A model generated the notes under the pieces. The model did no database searches and had not been told where the DNA came from. It saw nothing but the letters and a program-made list of their open reading frames with translations. From the NCBI RefSeq assembly GCF_964355755.1, contig NC_092672.1:38012437-38076436 (forward strand): a stretch of DNA of 64,000 nt, written 5' to 3'. Source of the DNA: Antedon mediterranea (lineage: Eukaryota > Animalia > Echinodermata). Within the stretch, counting starts at the first letter, position 1. The number at the start of each line of letters is the position of its first letter. Positions 13,781 to 47,100 of the stretch are shown here, one piece after another. Both the position numbers and the translations under genes were made by a program.

Positions 13781-16746
13781 ATTTTGTAATCGATAGGATT
13801 AAAGCCAAAATAATAGCATTCAATATTCCAAATGCTTTCAACATCTTTATAGTCTATAGTCAATACTAAGATCATGCAGTAAAATTGTTTTATAAGCTGT
13901 AACAATACAATCAATAAATCAATCAATCGTTCGATTTATATAGCGCCATTCCAACATTCATTGCTCATGGCGCTATAACCTGAAGTTATATAGAAAATCT
14001 TTGTTTGGAATTCATTTCTGAGGTAAAAACTCCTAACTTCTACATTTCAAATACATTGTCTTCGATACTCAAAGTCGATGTGCATCATTGATATTTCATA
14101 CTTAGTACAATTTAAACATCTTTTGTCATACTCATGGTAATTTGATATACTACAATGAATGGGTTTTACTTAAATAAGGACTTTGAATACACAGGTTGCA
14201 CCCTCCGTGCAAATATTGTCCTGTGTAATGATGGCAAGTATAGGTCGATTTAACGTCTCTCATAGAGTGGGCGTTTTAGTCTGCTTCTGTATCTAAAATG
14301 TGCTTACTGGTAGGGGCGCTACACACATGTGGGGTCAGAGGTCAAATTATAAACTAATGTAATATAATGACAACCACTTTCATTGTTCATGATAACCAAA
14401 TGTATTCGGCAAGTACATCATTTTACTAGAAGCAGGTACGAAACCTAAACAGCGATAGTTTATTTATTCATGAATACTAATCAAAGTCGATGTCTTTATT
14501 CTTTAAATATAATTAAAAGAATTAAAGCGGAACTTCTTTGAAGTATCAATAATTAATGAGTTCCATTTTTGGTTTATATAACACGGCGAATTACACATTA
14601 CATTACATTATGTTTTCTGCGAGTATTCTACATTCAGGAATCGCATCGACACAATGTAGTTGATATGGGGTTAAAAAGGCATCGCCTAAACTTTCCCATT
14701 ATAACTAAACTAAACTAAACATTGTGGATTTTTACCCAGTTTTCCCAGTAAATCAAAGTGTACAACAACAAAAATATTTTGACCTTTTTGACTGTGTGTA
14801 TGGAGAGTATCTAACAATACAAAACAATCTATGTGTAATAAATATAAACTTTAAATTGTATTTTTAGTCGCGTGTAAACGCAACTCCACAGCTCAACTAT
14901 GTCGGTCGGTAAACACTAACTCAAATTTAAATTTAAACTTGTTAAAAATGTACTGAAAATATTCAGAATAATATCAGCAGGTCTGATTAAAATTCGAGAA
15001 TTGAATAGCAAAACAATCATCTTAATATTGATGTATACATTTATTTACGTTTTTATCGTGATATAAATAAATATAGAGAGAAAATGGTAAATTGTATTTT
15101 ATTGATCTATTATATTACACTCTTCCATTTTGATTTTGCATGTAAAATTGAAGATCTTTCAATATGAAATAAAAGTGTGTTGCCCCCACAAAAAAGAAAC
15201 AAACGATACAAAACAAATTAAATAATTAAAGTCTTTCGTTCAATATTATCACCGACATCTAAAAATGAATTTCTAAGTCAGTTTTAAAAATAAAATTGTT
15301 TTACATATTTTTTTTACACGACAAAGTTCATGCTATAGAATAGGCCTACATAAAATTTGATAATACAATCTCACGTTTTGACTTCTTTTCGTGACAAAAA
15401 CAATAATGATTGTCAGTCCTGACAACATATTGCTAGCTACTATTGCTACTGCAAAATTGGGGTTGTAAACATTTAGCTTAATATCACTTTGTTGTGTTTG
15501 TGTTTTTTTTTTTTTTTCTTTTTCTGTCTCAAAATGTCATTTTTTGTTAATGTAATGCGTCCGTATAATATGTTTTATGTTTATGCTTAGGACTACAAAG
15601 AAAAGCCACTTTGGCTTCTGTGTATCTTAACCCATAAACTTTGTAAAATATTGAATATTGAATAAATGTTGTTGTACCATGTATTTGTCTCTTTTGTGAA
15701 CGTTACAAACTAGTATATTTGTTCATTTTGCTACACCTTTGACATAAACTATAATAAAAACTATAATAATTCATCCTGGGCTAGCCTGTATTTGAAAGAG
15801 ATTCGCTAGCCTGTAAACGAATTGAAATGTTATGGTTTGAGGCCTGATACACCATACATGGCCTGGTACACCATAGCTGTACATGGAACACGACTCTCGA
15901 AATATTTGGCCGGATTTAAATGACAGTACTATTACAATTACTCTCTGTCTCGTTTCTATTCAACTCAAGTTTGGTTTTTTTCCTACGTGCTTTCAATATC
16001 ACTCATGTGGTTTCGTTACATTGTACAGAAACAACTGTGATATTTGACGAACACAATCAGTTAAATATGTGTTAAGATATACTATGCTTTCTATGTCAAC
16101 ATTATGTATGATTGTATCCTGACTTACGTACAATAACCTACCTGACGTACATGCTAATTTTTTTCAATAGTCAAACAATTATAAATAAGTAATCAGATTC
16201 AAATATTTGTAAAGCATCCACTCCTATTATGTTTCAGAAGAGAGAAATTAATAAACATTTTGATTTATTTGCATAGTATTTGTGTTGTATTTTGTTGTAA
16301 AACCTTTTGCAATTATTATTTAAGAGCTGGTTTTTATCTAATATTGGTATTTAAATGGGTTTCTTTCTTTTATAGGATTTTCCCCCCTTTTCTTTGTTTA
16401 AATCATTATTGTCATTTGTTATTGTAATTGTACAAAGAAAATAAAAGAAGTTGTCATTGCCATTGTCAAGAGAGAAGACAATTCAATTTTGTGAAATAAA
16501 TAAATGAAAAATATCAACGAGTAATATTTCACTTCAATCACTTCATGACAATCACCATTATAAACAATATCTTAGGTGGACTACTAGTGGTGGTAGACAG
16601 ACGATCGTCTGACAATCCTAGGCCTTGTACATTTTGTACTTTTTGCTCCACCTAGAGGTCTGAAGATCGAACCGTTCCAGCCGTTAAACTGTGGAACAAT
16701 CTTCCAAATCTCATTAAAGAGTCTCACCTTCAATCGGAGTTTACCT

Positions 16747-17048
16747 TTTAGTGAGATCCAACTTACCCACTATACTGTGTTGTGAGAGCATGCATTGGGT
16801 CCAAATATCATTAGTAACTTCGTATACTTGGCTCCGTAATTATATACACATAATATATTCCAATAATATAGTTTCTTCTGTACATGTACAGGATACGCAA
16901 AGTTCCTTGAGTTAACAAACAACGGTAAGTAAAACAAATACGTCCTGCTTGTTCGACGGTCGGTAGTTGAGAGAGAGAGAGACAAAGAATAAAAAGGTTT
17001 GCATGCCGTTCGTTACACCTGCTAACACATATGCAAATTGCCTCTACA
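16747..17048 (-). repeat. 3' LTR (302 bp)
   Basis: Matches 22349-22652 except one substitution and one GA microsatellite unit. Preceded on the minus strand by the PPT AGAGGGGAGCTGA at about 17049-17061. Confidence 0.95.
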
Positions 17049-17531
17049 TCAGCTCCCCTCTAGATCGCAAATGAAATGTTAGCGAGCGATGAATAAAAAA
17101 AAATGTTTCTAGTATAAAACTTCCAGCACAATAAAATAACAGAATTTCTTCAACCGCAATAATCTGCAAGCTTACGTGGCCAGTGTACATGTCATCCGCT
17201 ACGCGTTTGCCGTGGCGGAGGTGCGATTGGAATAGTACTTGCGGTTGAGGAAAGCACTGCTTCCGGTTGCCTTGACGATTCTAGAAAGTTGTTAATAGCT
17301 TTATCATTCTTGAAAGAATTTCATTTAGCTTCGATTTTGTATAGATGACAAATTTCGTTTTTGTAAAAGCACAAGTTAACGGAGTACTTACTCGAACGTT
17401 TCGATCTCTATCAGAGATCCTTCTCAACTGACTGCGGAGTGTTAATGCAGCTTGGTCATTCCTCCAATCTACAACCGGAGGCGTACGACGTCATCAACAG
17501 ATGACGTCAAGAATGACCAAGCTGCATTAAC

Positions 17532-17590
17532 ACTCCGCAGTCAGTTGAGAAGGATCTCTGATAGAGATCGAAACGTTCGAGTAAGTACTC
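17532..17590 (+). ncRNA. minimal hammerhead-ribozyme-like motif in the pseudo-LTR
   Basis: TTGAGAA-G-GATCTCT(GAT)AGAGATC-GAAA-CGTT: core boxes with a U3-A8 variant, a perfect 7-bp stem II and a palindromic AACGTT. Stem I is weak. An inverted copy lies at about 17382-17440 and a deleted copy at about 21050-21105. Confidence 0.55.
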
Positions 17591-17647
17591 CGTTAACTTG
17601 TGCTTTTACAAAAACGAAATTTGTCATCTAGAAAAAATCGAAGCTAA

Positions 17648-20600
17648 ATGAAATTCTTTCAAGATTTAAGAGAAAAATATGGTCAAGAAACCATCAACAT
17701 CGTACGCAAACAGGAAAATATCGCGAAGAAAATTTCACGGCAGAGAAATCACCGGGTAGCGATTTTTTTTTTCGTACATAAGTTGGGGACCCCCTCATGA
17801 AACGTCACAAAATAAACATGAATAATTCATCAGTTAAATTTTCTTGCTCCGTGTGCACCCAAGCGTATAGCAACAAGAACAACTGCGATACGATTCTAGG
17901 CGATTCTCCACTGTGTTTTTGCGGCGTGCGATTTCATAAAAGAATAGCGGCGTTTTGTGTGGATTGTCGAAATAATCTGTCTTTAGTTTTTGTTTTTTTT
18001 TTAAATAGAATTTATTACTAAAGAATTACGTGTTAAAATTATAGTTTCTATTAATACTATTAGGCCTAATTATTAGTCTCTAAAGCTCGTGTCTATTCTA
18101 GTAGTCTGTGTGGGTGTGTGTGTTAATAGGTACTCCGAGTAATAATTACACAAAATTTATTCTCGTGTTCATCCTTTGAGTACATGCATATTGTTTGATA
18201 ATAAAATAACAGAATTAAAAAATTACAGTACACAAAATTATACACATTCTTATTCTCGTGTGTCTAAACTTTCTTTGGGCTATGACCAATACTACTTAGT
18301 TGAATGTGTCTTGCCTAGCTAGCTGTCGATGTCTCGACACATTTTGCATAGTGGTAGTGTGTGTGTGAAGAGTGCGCCAAGGCAATCACGTGAATGCTAG
18401 GCCTAGGAAGAATCGTATCGCAGTTGTAATATCACTTGTTGCTATACGCTTGGGTGCACACGGAACAACAAATTTAACTGATGAATTATTCATGTATATT
18501 TTGTGACGTTTCACGAGGGGTCCCCAACTTATGTACGAAAAAAAAAATCGCCACCGGGTATTCTCCCTTCATTGTAAGCGGTTGGACATTACCCCTCCGA
18601 GCCTGAAATTATATCGACCGATCAAATCGTCTAAAGCAGAGGAAATGATAAAACATGCAGAAAGACAGCTTTTACGCGAGAGAATAAGAATCGCCACCAA
18701 CAAAATCACACAGTTAGAAGGCAAAAAGAAAGATTTAAATGAGGAAATCGTATCGCTAATTCCCAACGGAGGGGACATCACCAATGTATGTAATCACGTA
18801 AACAAAGTGTGTGAAGCGGAATTCTTAAAATGCCGATCACGACAACAAAACAAACTGTTGTGGTGGAAAAACAAAGCAGAAAACGCAGCTAGAGATTTAC
18901 ATCAAGAACAGGATTTATCCGGTAAGATCTTAAGAGAAAAATGGGTGGTAAATCTGTCTAGTAAGTTGGTTAGTGAGGACGAAATATCAGCATTACAAAG
19001 GGGATTGAACTATGCGGCAAGCCCACGATCCATGCCCATTGACGATCTCATAGTAGCGGCTGAAAAAGCGGCTGATCTCGTCCCACTGGAAGAACAAGAC
19101 ACCGTTCGCAGTAAAATTGTAGCTATTGTAAAATCTACCACTCTACCACCTTCAAATTTAACCCCCAAAGAACGAAAGGCCATAAACAACTTGAAGAAAG
19201 ATAAATCTATTCTTATTCTCCCAGCGGATAAAGGTAGATCTACTGTCATCCTAAATACTAATGATTACAAAGATAAAGTGGGAACCATGGTAAGCGACAC
19301 TAATGTTTACGAACTGCTAAAACGTAATCCAACACAAAACTATAAACGAAAAGTGGTCAACATCATAGGCAGGTTGTTCAAAGAAAAGAAAATCAACTAC
19401 AGAGAGAAAGAATGGCTGTTTCCCACGGCTGAAATTGTACCTAGGTTGTATTGTCTTCCGAAGATACATAAACCAAATTGGCCATTAAGACCTATAGTAG
19501 ATAACATCAACACCGTTTTTTACACCGTTGCACAATTCCTCACCAAAATCCTGGGTCCGCTTGTCGGAAACACAGAACATCATGTAACTTACTCAGGAGA
19601 GTTGGCGAGTGAACTAAAAGAAATAATAGTCAAACCATGGAGAAATGGTCAAACCAAGTGAAACATTTGTCTCGTTTGACGTAGTATCTCTGTTTACAAA
19701 AACACCAGTAGAAGAGGCCCTCAAAGTTGTCGAAAATCGCCTAACAACAGATCCGACACTTCTGGATAGAACTAAACTACATGTGACAGACATAATGGAG
19801 CTCCTCGGTTTAATTGTGAACAAAACCTATTTCTCGTTCAATGGTAACATTTATAGGCAAATACAAGGCATTGCTATGGGAAGCCCAATAAGTCCTATAT
19901 TGGCGAACTTGTATCTAGAGTGGCTCGAACATCAAGCCATAAACACGGCACCCACTAACATCAAGCCTGTGTATTGGAAACGATACGTTGATGATGTATT
20001 AGCTATCATCCCCATAGGTACAGTACATACATTTAACACACATCTTAATAACATCGATATAACTGACAATATCAAGTTCACCACAGAATCCATGACAAAC
20101 AACACAATACCTTTCCTGGACATGCTCATCACACTCAATGACAATGGAACAGTTACCACTTCAGTCTATCGGAAGCCCACTCACACAGACCAATATTTAC
20201 ATTTCAACTCACATCATCCACTCGAACACAAACTGGGGCTTATAAACACGCTTGTGGACAGAGCTGAGAAGGTAGTGGGAGATATGGATTTGAGGAAAGT
20301 TGAGATGGATAACATCAAGAAAGCGTTACACAACTGCCAGTATCCAGAGTGGTCCTTCCAGAGAGTTATGGAAAACCGAAAAAGAAAAAAGAACAAAGGA
20401 CACGAATCACAGAAGGAAAAGATCAAGATGCGAGGTAGCATAGGAATCCCCTATGTAAAAGGAATGGCAGAAAGAATACGACGCACTCTCTCCTATCACA
20501 ATGTCGGAACCTATTTCCTACCCCAAAATAAAATCAAGAATAGCCTCGTCCACCCAAAAGATAAAATCGAGAAGATGGATACATGTGGAGTAATCTACGA

Positions 20601-21048
20601 AGTCACCTGCCGCAACTGTCCACAAGTTTACATTGGGGAAACAGGGAGGTCATTACAAACACGAATTAATGATCACAAAAAAGACGTTACAACAAACACG
20701 GGGGGAGTAATGACTAGGGCCTCCAAAACATCCACATCTTCGATCATACACAAATCTGCCATTACAGAACATGTCATAAAACACAATCATGTACCGAACT
20801 GGGAGGCTACCATCTTAACCAAAGAGCCTAAACGCAAAGACAGACAGATTAGAGAATCATTACATATAAGGAGAAATAAGGAGAAGACCATGAACCGGGA
20901 CACTGGAGCCCACGAACTCTCGCATTTGTACAATGATTTGATAGACACATCACCTGGCCGAGCCCCGCACAACCTACAACCTACAACCGGAGGCGTACGA
21001 CGTCATCAACAGATGACGTCAAGAATGACCACTATTAACATTAATTAA
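17648..21048 (+). pseudogene. Penelope-like RT/GIY-YIG endonuclease ORF, disrupted by a MITE and a 19-bp insertion
   Basis: MKFFQDLREKYG..RNHRV [MITE] FSLHCKRL..., then PADKG, P.LYCLPKIHK..PLRPIV, FVSFDVVSLFT, GIAMGSPISP, RYVDD, VYRKPTHTD, GVIYEVTC..C..VYIGETGR..R..H. Frameshift at 19629-19656. Confidence 0.93.
17759..18551. mobile_element. MITE with long TIRs and a 9-bp TSD (Mutator-like)
   Basis: TIR GCGATTTTTTTTTTCGTACATAAGTTGGGGACCCC.TCATGAAACGTCACAAAAT... at both ends. TSD CACCGGGTA at 17750-17758 and 18552-18560. Confidence 0.9.
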
Positions 21049-21157
21049 CACTCCGCAGTGAGAAGGATCTCTGATAGAGATCGAAACGTTCGAGTAAGTA
21101 CTCCGTTAACTTGTGCTTTTACAAAAACGAAATTTTTCAGCTTTATCATTATTATTA

Positions 21158-22237
21158 TTAGTATTTGTCAGTTCTGTTTAAAACTTTAAATGGCCCATTA
21201 TAAGGAGACTGAAGAGGTTTCTTTACGCTATCGCAACGAACAAACACGTGAGTACATTCACGCAAATCGTCGTGGATTTGTGCGGTGCGTTGATTCGCTC
21301 GTGTTGGCACTGGTCGAATATTCTGCATGTGTCTTTGCAATCTATGTACGTAATTCGCAGGTTCATGTGAGGCGATATCAGTAGGCGCGACAAACTGCCC
21401 TGGAAGTTTCAGGGTTGCTCCATACACCAGTTCCGATGAAGAACAGCCTAAATCAACTTTGACCGCTGTCCGGAGACCAAGAAGAACTAGAGGTAAAGTT
21501 TCACTCCACTTCTGAGGATCATCTTGAGCCTTAAGCGAAACCTTTAGTTGGCGGTGAAAACGTTCAACTAATCCATTTGACATAGGATGGTAAGATGTTG
21601 TTCGAATGCGTTTTGTGCCCAACATGTTAGATAGGGCGGTGAATAGTGCCGATTCGAACTGACGACCACGGTCTGTAGTGATGGTGGATGGCGCAGCGAA
21701 TCTGGATACCCAAACAGTGACAAATGCTTTGGCTACAGTTTCAGCGGTAATATTGGTGATTGATATGGCCTCTGGCCATCTTGTAAAGCGATCGATACAT
21801 GTAAGTAGGTAAGTATAACCATCCGATGAAGGTAGTGGTCCTACCAAGTCTATGTGGACGTGGTCGAATCTTATGTCAGGCGTCGCAAACGTACCTAATG
21901 GTGGTTACAGTGTGGCGATGAACCTTATTCTTCTGGCATTTTAAACAACACTTAGCCCATGTCCGCACATCACTGTTCATATCAGGCCAAACATACCGTG
22001 AAGCGATTAATTTTAGTGAAGCTCGAATCCCTTTTATATACGAATACTTTGTTTCCTCAGCCGTAATTCCTCTGGTAACAAACTGAGCCTCCACTTGCGC
22101 AAACCAAATAAGTCACGTGGGTCATTCGGCCAAAATGGCGGCAATTTTAAACTTACAGCAGCCGCCACAGGTGGTGCCTCATCCATTCTAGCGGCCATTT
22201 TGATCGGTGTAGCTCTTACCGGAGAAGGTCTCGCCAT
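21158..22237 (-). pseudogene. Gypsy gag N-terminus fused directly to integrase (PR/RT/RH missing), frameshifted
   Basis: SLKLPPFWPNDP..WFAQVEAQF (gag) joined to GIRAS....RYVWPDM..DV..WAK.C..CQ (zinc-binding) and D.VGPLP..IDRFTRWPEA..TDRGRQFES..YHPMSNGLVERFHR (rve core). The C-terminal TRSG*HVHWPRKLADY continues at about 17155-17308, beyond the Penelope insertion. Confidence 0.9.
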
Positions 22238-22329
22238 AATTCAATTCACGTATCAAACAACGACAACTCAAAGTAATCTTGCAACAACGACGAAGAAAAA
22301 TATTTAAATATTCCAAGCACTCTCGTTAG

Positions 22330-22347
22330 ATCACGTCGGGGTCACCA
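22330..22347 (-). promoter_or_regulatory. primer-binding site complementary to the tRNA-Trp 3' end
   Basis: Minus strand TGGTGACCCCGACGTGAT, 1 nt after the 5' LTR. It complements the metazoan tRNA-Trp end ATCACGTCGGGGTCACCA. Confidence 0.9.
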
Positions 22348-22348
22348 C

Positions 22349-22652
22349 TTTAGTGAGATCCAACTTACCCACTATACTGTGTTGTGAGAGCATGCATTGG
22401 GTCCAAATATCATTAGTAACTTCTTATACTTGGCTCCGTAATTATATACACATAATATATTCCAATAATATAGTTTCTTCTGTACATGTACAGGATACGC
22501 AAAGTTCCTTGAGTTAACAAACAACGGTAAGTAAAACAAATACGTCCTGCTTGTTCGACGGTCGGTAGTTGAGAGAGAGAGAGAGACAAAGAATAAAAAG
22601 GTTTGCATGCCGTTCGTTACACCTGCTAACACATATGCAAATTGCCTCTACA
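22349..22652 (-). repeat. 5' LTR (304 bp)
   Basis: Starts TGTAGAGG and ends CTCACTAAA on the minus strand; direct repeat of 16747-17048. Confidence 0.95.
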
Positions 22653-22714
22653 ACCTTTTAGTTTCATCAACAGTGTATTTCCCCAATGTATTTACTAATA
22701 TTCATTTATTATAG

Positions 22715-43340
<20,626 letters not shown>

Positions 43341-44190
43341 TCATGAGGTGAATATTAGATTATTCAAATAGGTATGAACCATTTATCAAGTAGTCATTAA
43401 AAAGTTAATCTATTTATATCACACATTCAACATCAGCAATGAGAAATAAACCCATACTGGCAATCAGGAATAAACATTGAAGAGGTTTTGTGTTCTTCTA
43501 AACTCATGTCAACGTGTAATACAATATAACATCTTTATGATGCAATGTGCCCGTTACGTTGTATTTTGACGCCAATAATTGCATACAGGTACCATCAAGA
43601 TCAACAAGATCATCAACAAGAGAAATAGTTGGACAGACTAGCTGCTTTATTAAAGGTGTCAAAATAATTAAATATGTATTTTCCCCTGAAAAAAATAATT
43701 CTTCTTTAATTTGTTGTTGTTGTATATGCCATTTTAATGCCATATATTAATTATCCACCTTGACCAAAAATTTGATAAAAAAATATTGATTTACCTGAAA
43801 AAACTATGAAAGTGAATAACTTTATTAACACTACAAAATAACCTCTGAATAAAGTCTGATTTTAATCTTCATTTTGTATGTTTTTGGGGGACAATATATC
43901 TTTAACTTTTTATACAATGTATACATTCATACACAATTCATTTTTTTTATCATTATTTTTGTTAAGCATTGGATTGCAGAAGAAGTATGTCTTGCATTCA
44001 ACAAGTTAATGATGTTAGTGGATATGTTGATTGAACTTCTTCACGCTGTATAATCCCTCAATTATTGATCAACTCAGCCGATATTCTGTGGTCTTGGTTG
44101 GTGCTTTTTGTGAAGTTTAAATCTAGAGAATTGTTACCAGTCATGACATTTTAATATTTCATGACTTTTACTGTATTGAAAAGTACAAAC

Positions 44191-47100
44191 TAGAGCAAAA
44201 ACAATTTCTTATGGGGCTTATAAGATAAAGACTGAAAATAAAAAAAAAAAAAATTAAAAAGGGAAATAGAAAAAATAACACTTGATATCAATAAGGGCGA
44301 CTCCACGTTAAATGGTACACTAGAACTTAAGTCTGGCGAACTTATGGGTATCAGAAAAGATAAGATGGAAAGAATAATGATGAAAACTAAACTTAAATGG
44401 ATCAAAGAAGGATTTTTTCTTAACATGGAAAAGAAAAATTTTGTTGATAAAACTATAAATAAAATAATAAAGGAAAGCAACAATAGTATTCTGCAAAACA
44501 CAAATGAAATTCTTGAGGAGTCTATACACGTTTATAAAAACCTTCATTCCTCAAACCACAATGCAGATGACGAAAAAAATATTGTAAAACTTCTTAAAAC
44601 TATGAATACATTACCAACATTAACAAAAGATCAACAAAATAAAATTAAAGGGCCAATTACTTATAATGAATTTTTAGAGGCTCTTAAGAGGTCACAAAAT
44701 GGAAAGTCACCTGGTATTGACGGCTTTAGCTATGAGTTTTTTAAGTTCTTTTTTTGCGGATTCTTTTGAGAGCTATTAACGAGTCGTATAACTCAGGTCA
44801 ACTGTCAATTTCCCAAAAGTCAGGAATAATTACTTTACTCCCCAAGGGAGATAAACCCCGAGAGTATCTAAAAAACTGGAGACCTATTACCCTGTTAAGT
44901 GTCACTTATAAACCTGTTTCGTCATGTATTGCAGAACGAATAAAATCGGTCCTTGATATATTAATTAGTGAACAACAGAAAGGATTTATTAATGGGAGAT
45001 ATATAGGCGAAAATACAAGACTTATGTATGATATTATTCAAATTTGTGAAAAGAAGAAAATTCCTGGTCTGCTTTTACTGATAGACTTTGAAAAAGCGTT
45101 CGACTGCATTTCTCATACATTTGTTAACTGCGTTCTTAAACATTTTAACTTCGGACAATCCATTCAAAAACACGTGAAAGTACTATATAAAGATGCAAGA
45201 TCCTCAGTTCTTGTTAATGGCTTTCTATCCGAATCATTCTTAATTGAAAGAGGATGTAGACAAGGGGATGGGTTGGGTCCATACCTGTTTCTTCTTTGCG
45301 CAGAAATTTTATCCTCAATGATATCTGAAAATAAACAAATTAAAGGAATATCAATTGCAAATCATGAGTAACGATTATTTCAGTATGCGGACGACACTGT
45401 ATTGTTTCTTGGCGGTAAAGAAAAATCAATGCACGAAGCATTTAAGACTCTCGATGTATTTTCCAAAATATCCGGGCTAAAAGTGAATGTGAACAAAACA
45501 AATGCTGTCTGGGTTGGCTCGTTTAAAGACCGAGGTGACTCAATATGCGAAAACTATAATATAAAATGGATCAAACATGGAGAGCCCTTTGTATCATTGG
45601 GTATTCGGTTCAGTACAAATTTAAATAAAATTGTAGATTTTAACTATGAAGACGCATATAAATCAATAACAAATAAAATGAGACATTGTTCAAAAAGAAA
45701 CTTAACTGTTCTGGGAAGAATCACGATAGTTAAGTCTTTACTACTGTCCAAACTTACCTATATCCTTTCGACATTACCCGATCCCCCTGAAAAAGTAATA
45801 AAATCACTTAAGTCAGAACTATATCGTTTCATATGGAAAGGGGTGGATAGAATATCCAGAGATCAACTTATACAACCAAGAAAATAAATTTGGAGGCTTA
45901 CGAACGGTCGATATAAATGCATATATTCAATCGGTAAAAATCACGTGGGTTAGACGGTAAGTAACGTCCAATGAGACGGGCTGGGCTCTTTTAGTTCCAC
46001 TCGTGTTGAATATTCATAAAACTTGGCTCATAGAAGGCGGATCATCGAAGTTAATCAAATTAGCGAAGGTTAAGCCTTACAATGCATTTTGGCTTGATGT
46101 AATAAAGGCGTGGTGAAACACAACATTCCTATGAGCACCGAATCGATATGTAGACAATCACTCTGGATGAATGACGATATTAAAGTCGGCGGAGAAAGTA
46201 TCTATCATAAAAACTGGAGTAATCATGGGGTGAATTTTATAAATGATTTAGTTGATAGACATGGAATAACTCCATTTAAACAACTTAGTCAACATCATAA
46301 CCATAACATCAACTTTCTTCAATATGAAGGCCTAATACATGCGGTCAGACAACATACCGTACGTCTTTAAATCAAATTTCTCCAAAAGGAAAAATAAATA
46401 GCCCACTACTACCTTTTAACCTTAGGTAGTTATTAAAAATAAAAAAGGATCAAAGCTAATTTATAATACTCTAATCAACTCCAGAAAAAAACAATCGAAA
46501 GCTAAAATTAAGTGGGAGAAGGCATTGGATACTTTATATGTTGATAAAGAGTGGGACATTATTAATACCATGTCTTTCTCACTTACTATGTCCACACCAC
46601 TAATCTGGTTTCAATATAAAATTGTGCATAGAATTGTAGGTAATAACTCCTTTTTGTTTAAAATTGGGAAAATTGACTCACCTTTATGTGCTTTATGTAA
46701 AGCAGAAATAGAAACCTTAATACATATTTTTGCACAATGCTGTGAAATTAAAATATTTTGGAGAAAGGTTAAACAATGGTTGAAAATTTTAATATAAATG
46801 TAATTATTAACCCCGAATTATGCCTTTTTGGAGTTAGAAAAAAACCATTTAAAGCCCTAAATACTATTTTACTAATTTGTCGACACTACATATATAGCTG
46901 TAAAATAAATTAAGCCTAATATTGCACGATTCGTGAATGAGATTAAGTTACACGTTAAACAAGAAGAATTTATTTTGAAAACTAAAGGGGAGCATCATAC
47001 TTATTTAAACAAATGGAGTCCTTTCTTGGAAAAACATGAACTTATTGACTGGTAACTTTGCATAAAAAAAAAAGAGACTTAGTATTGTTTTTTATATAAT

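Larger units (their letters stand above)
17309..21138 (+). mobile_element. Penelope-like retroelement (Penelope/Poseidon type, RT plus GIY-YIG) with inverted and direct 5' pseudo-LTRs and a 3' pseudo-LTR
   Basis: 12-bp TSD AGCTTTATCATT at 17297-17308 and 21139-21150. 154-bp inverted arms at 17308-17461 and 17511-17664. The direct repeat starting at 17469 matches 20981-21138. Confidence 0.92.
16747..22652 (-). mobile_element. Gypsy LTR retrotransposon (CsRn1-clade-like), internally deleted and non-autonomous
   Basis: Two LTRs at 22349-22652 and 16747-17048. 4-bp TSD ACCT at 16743-16746 and 22653-22656. tRNA-Trp PBS, PPT, and gag and integrase relics are present. The empty site is visible in the paralog at about 57598. 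Confidence 0.95.

Noticed and set aside
18531-18560. ATG at 18531 as the start of the Penelope ORF
   Set aside because: It lies within the MITE TIR. The real N-terminus begins at 17648.
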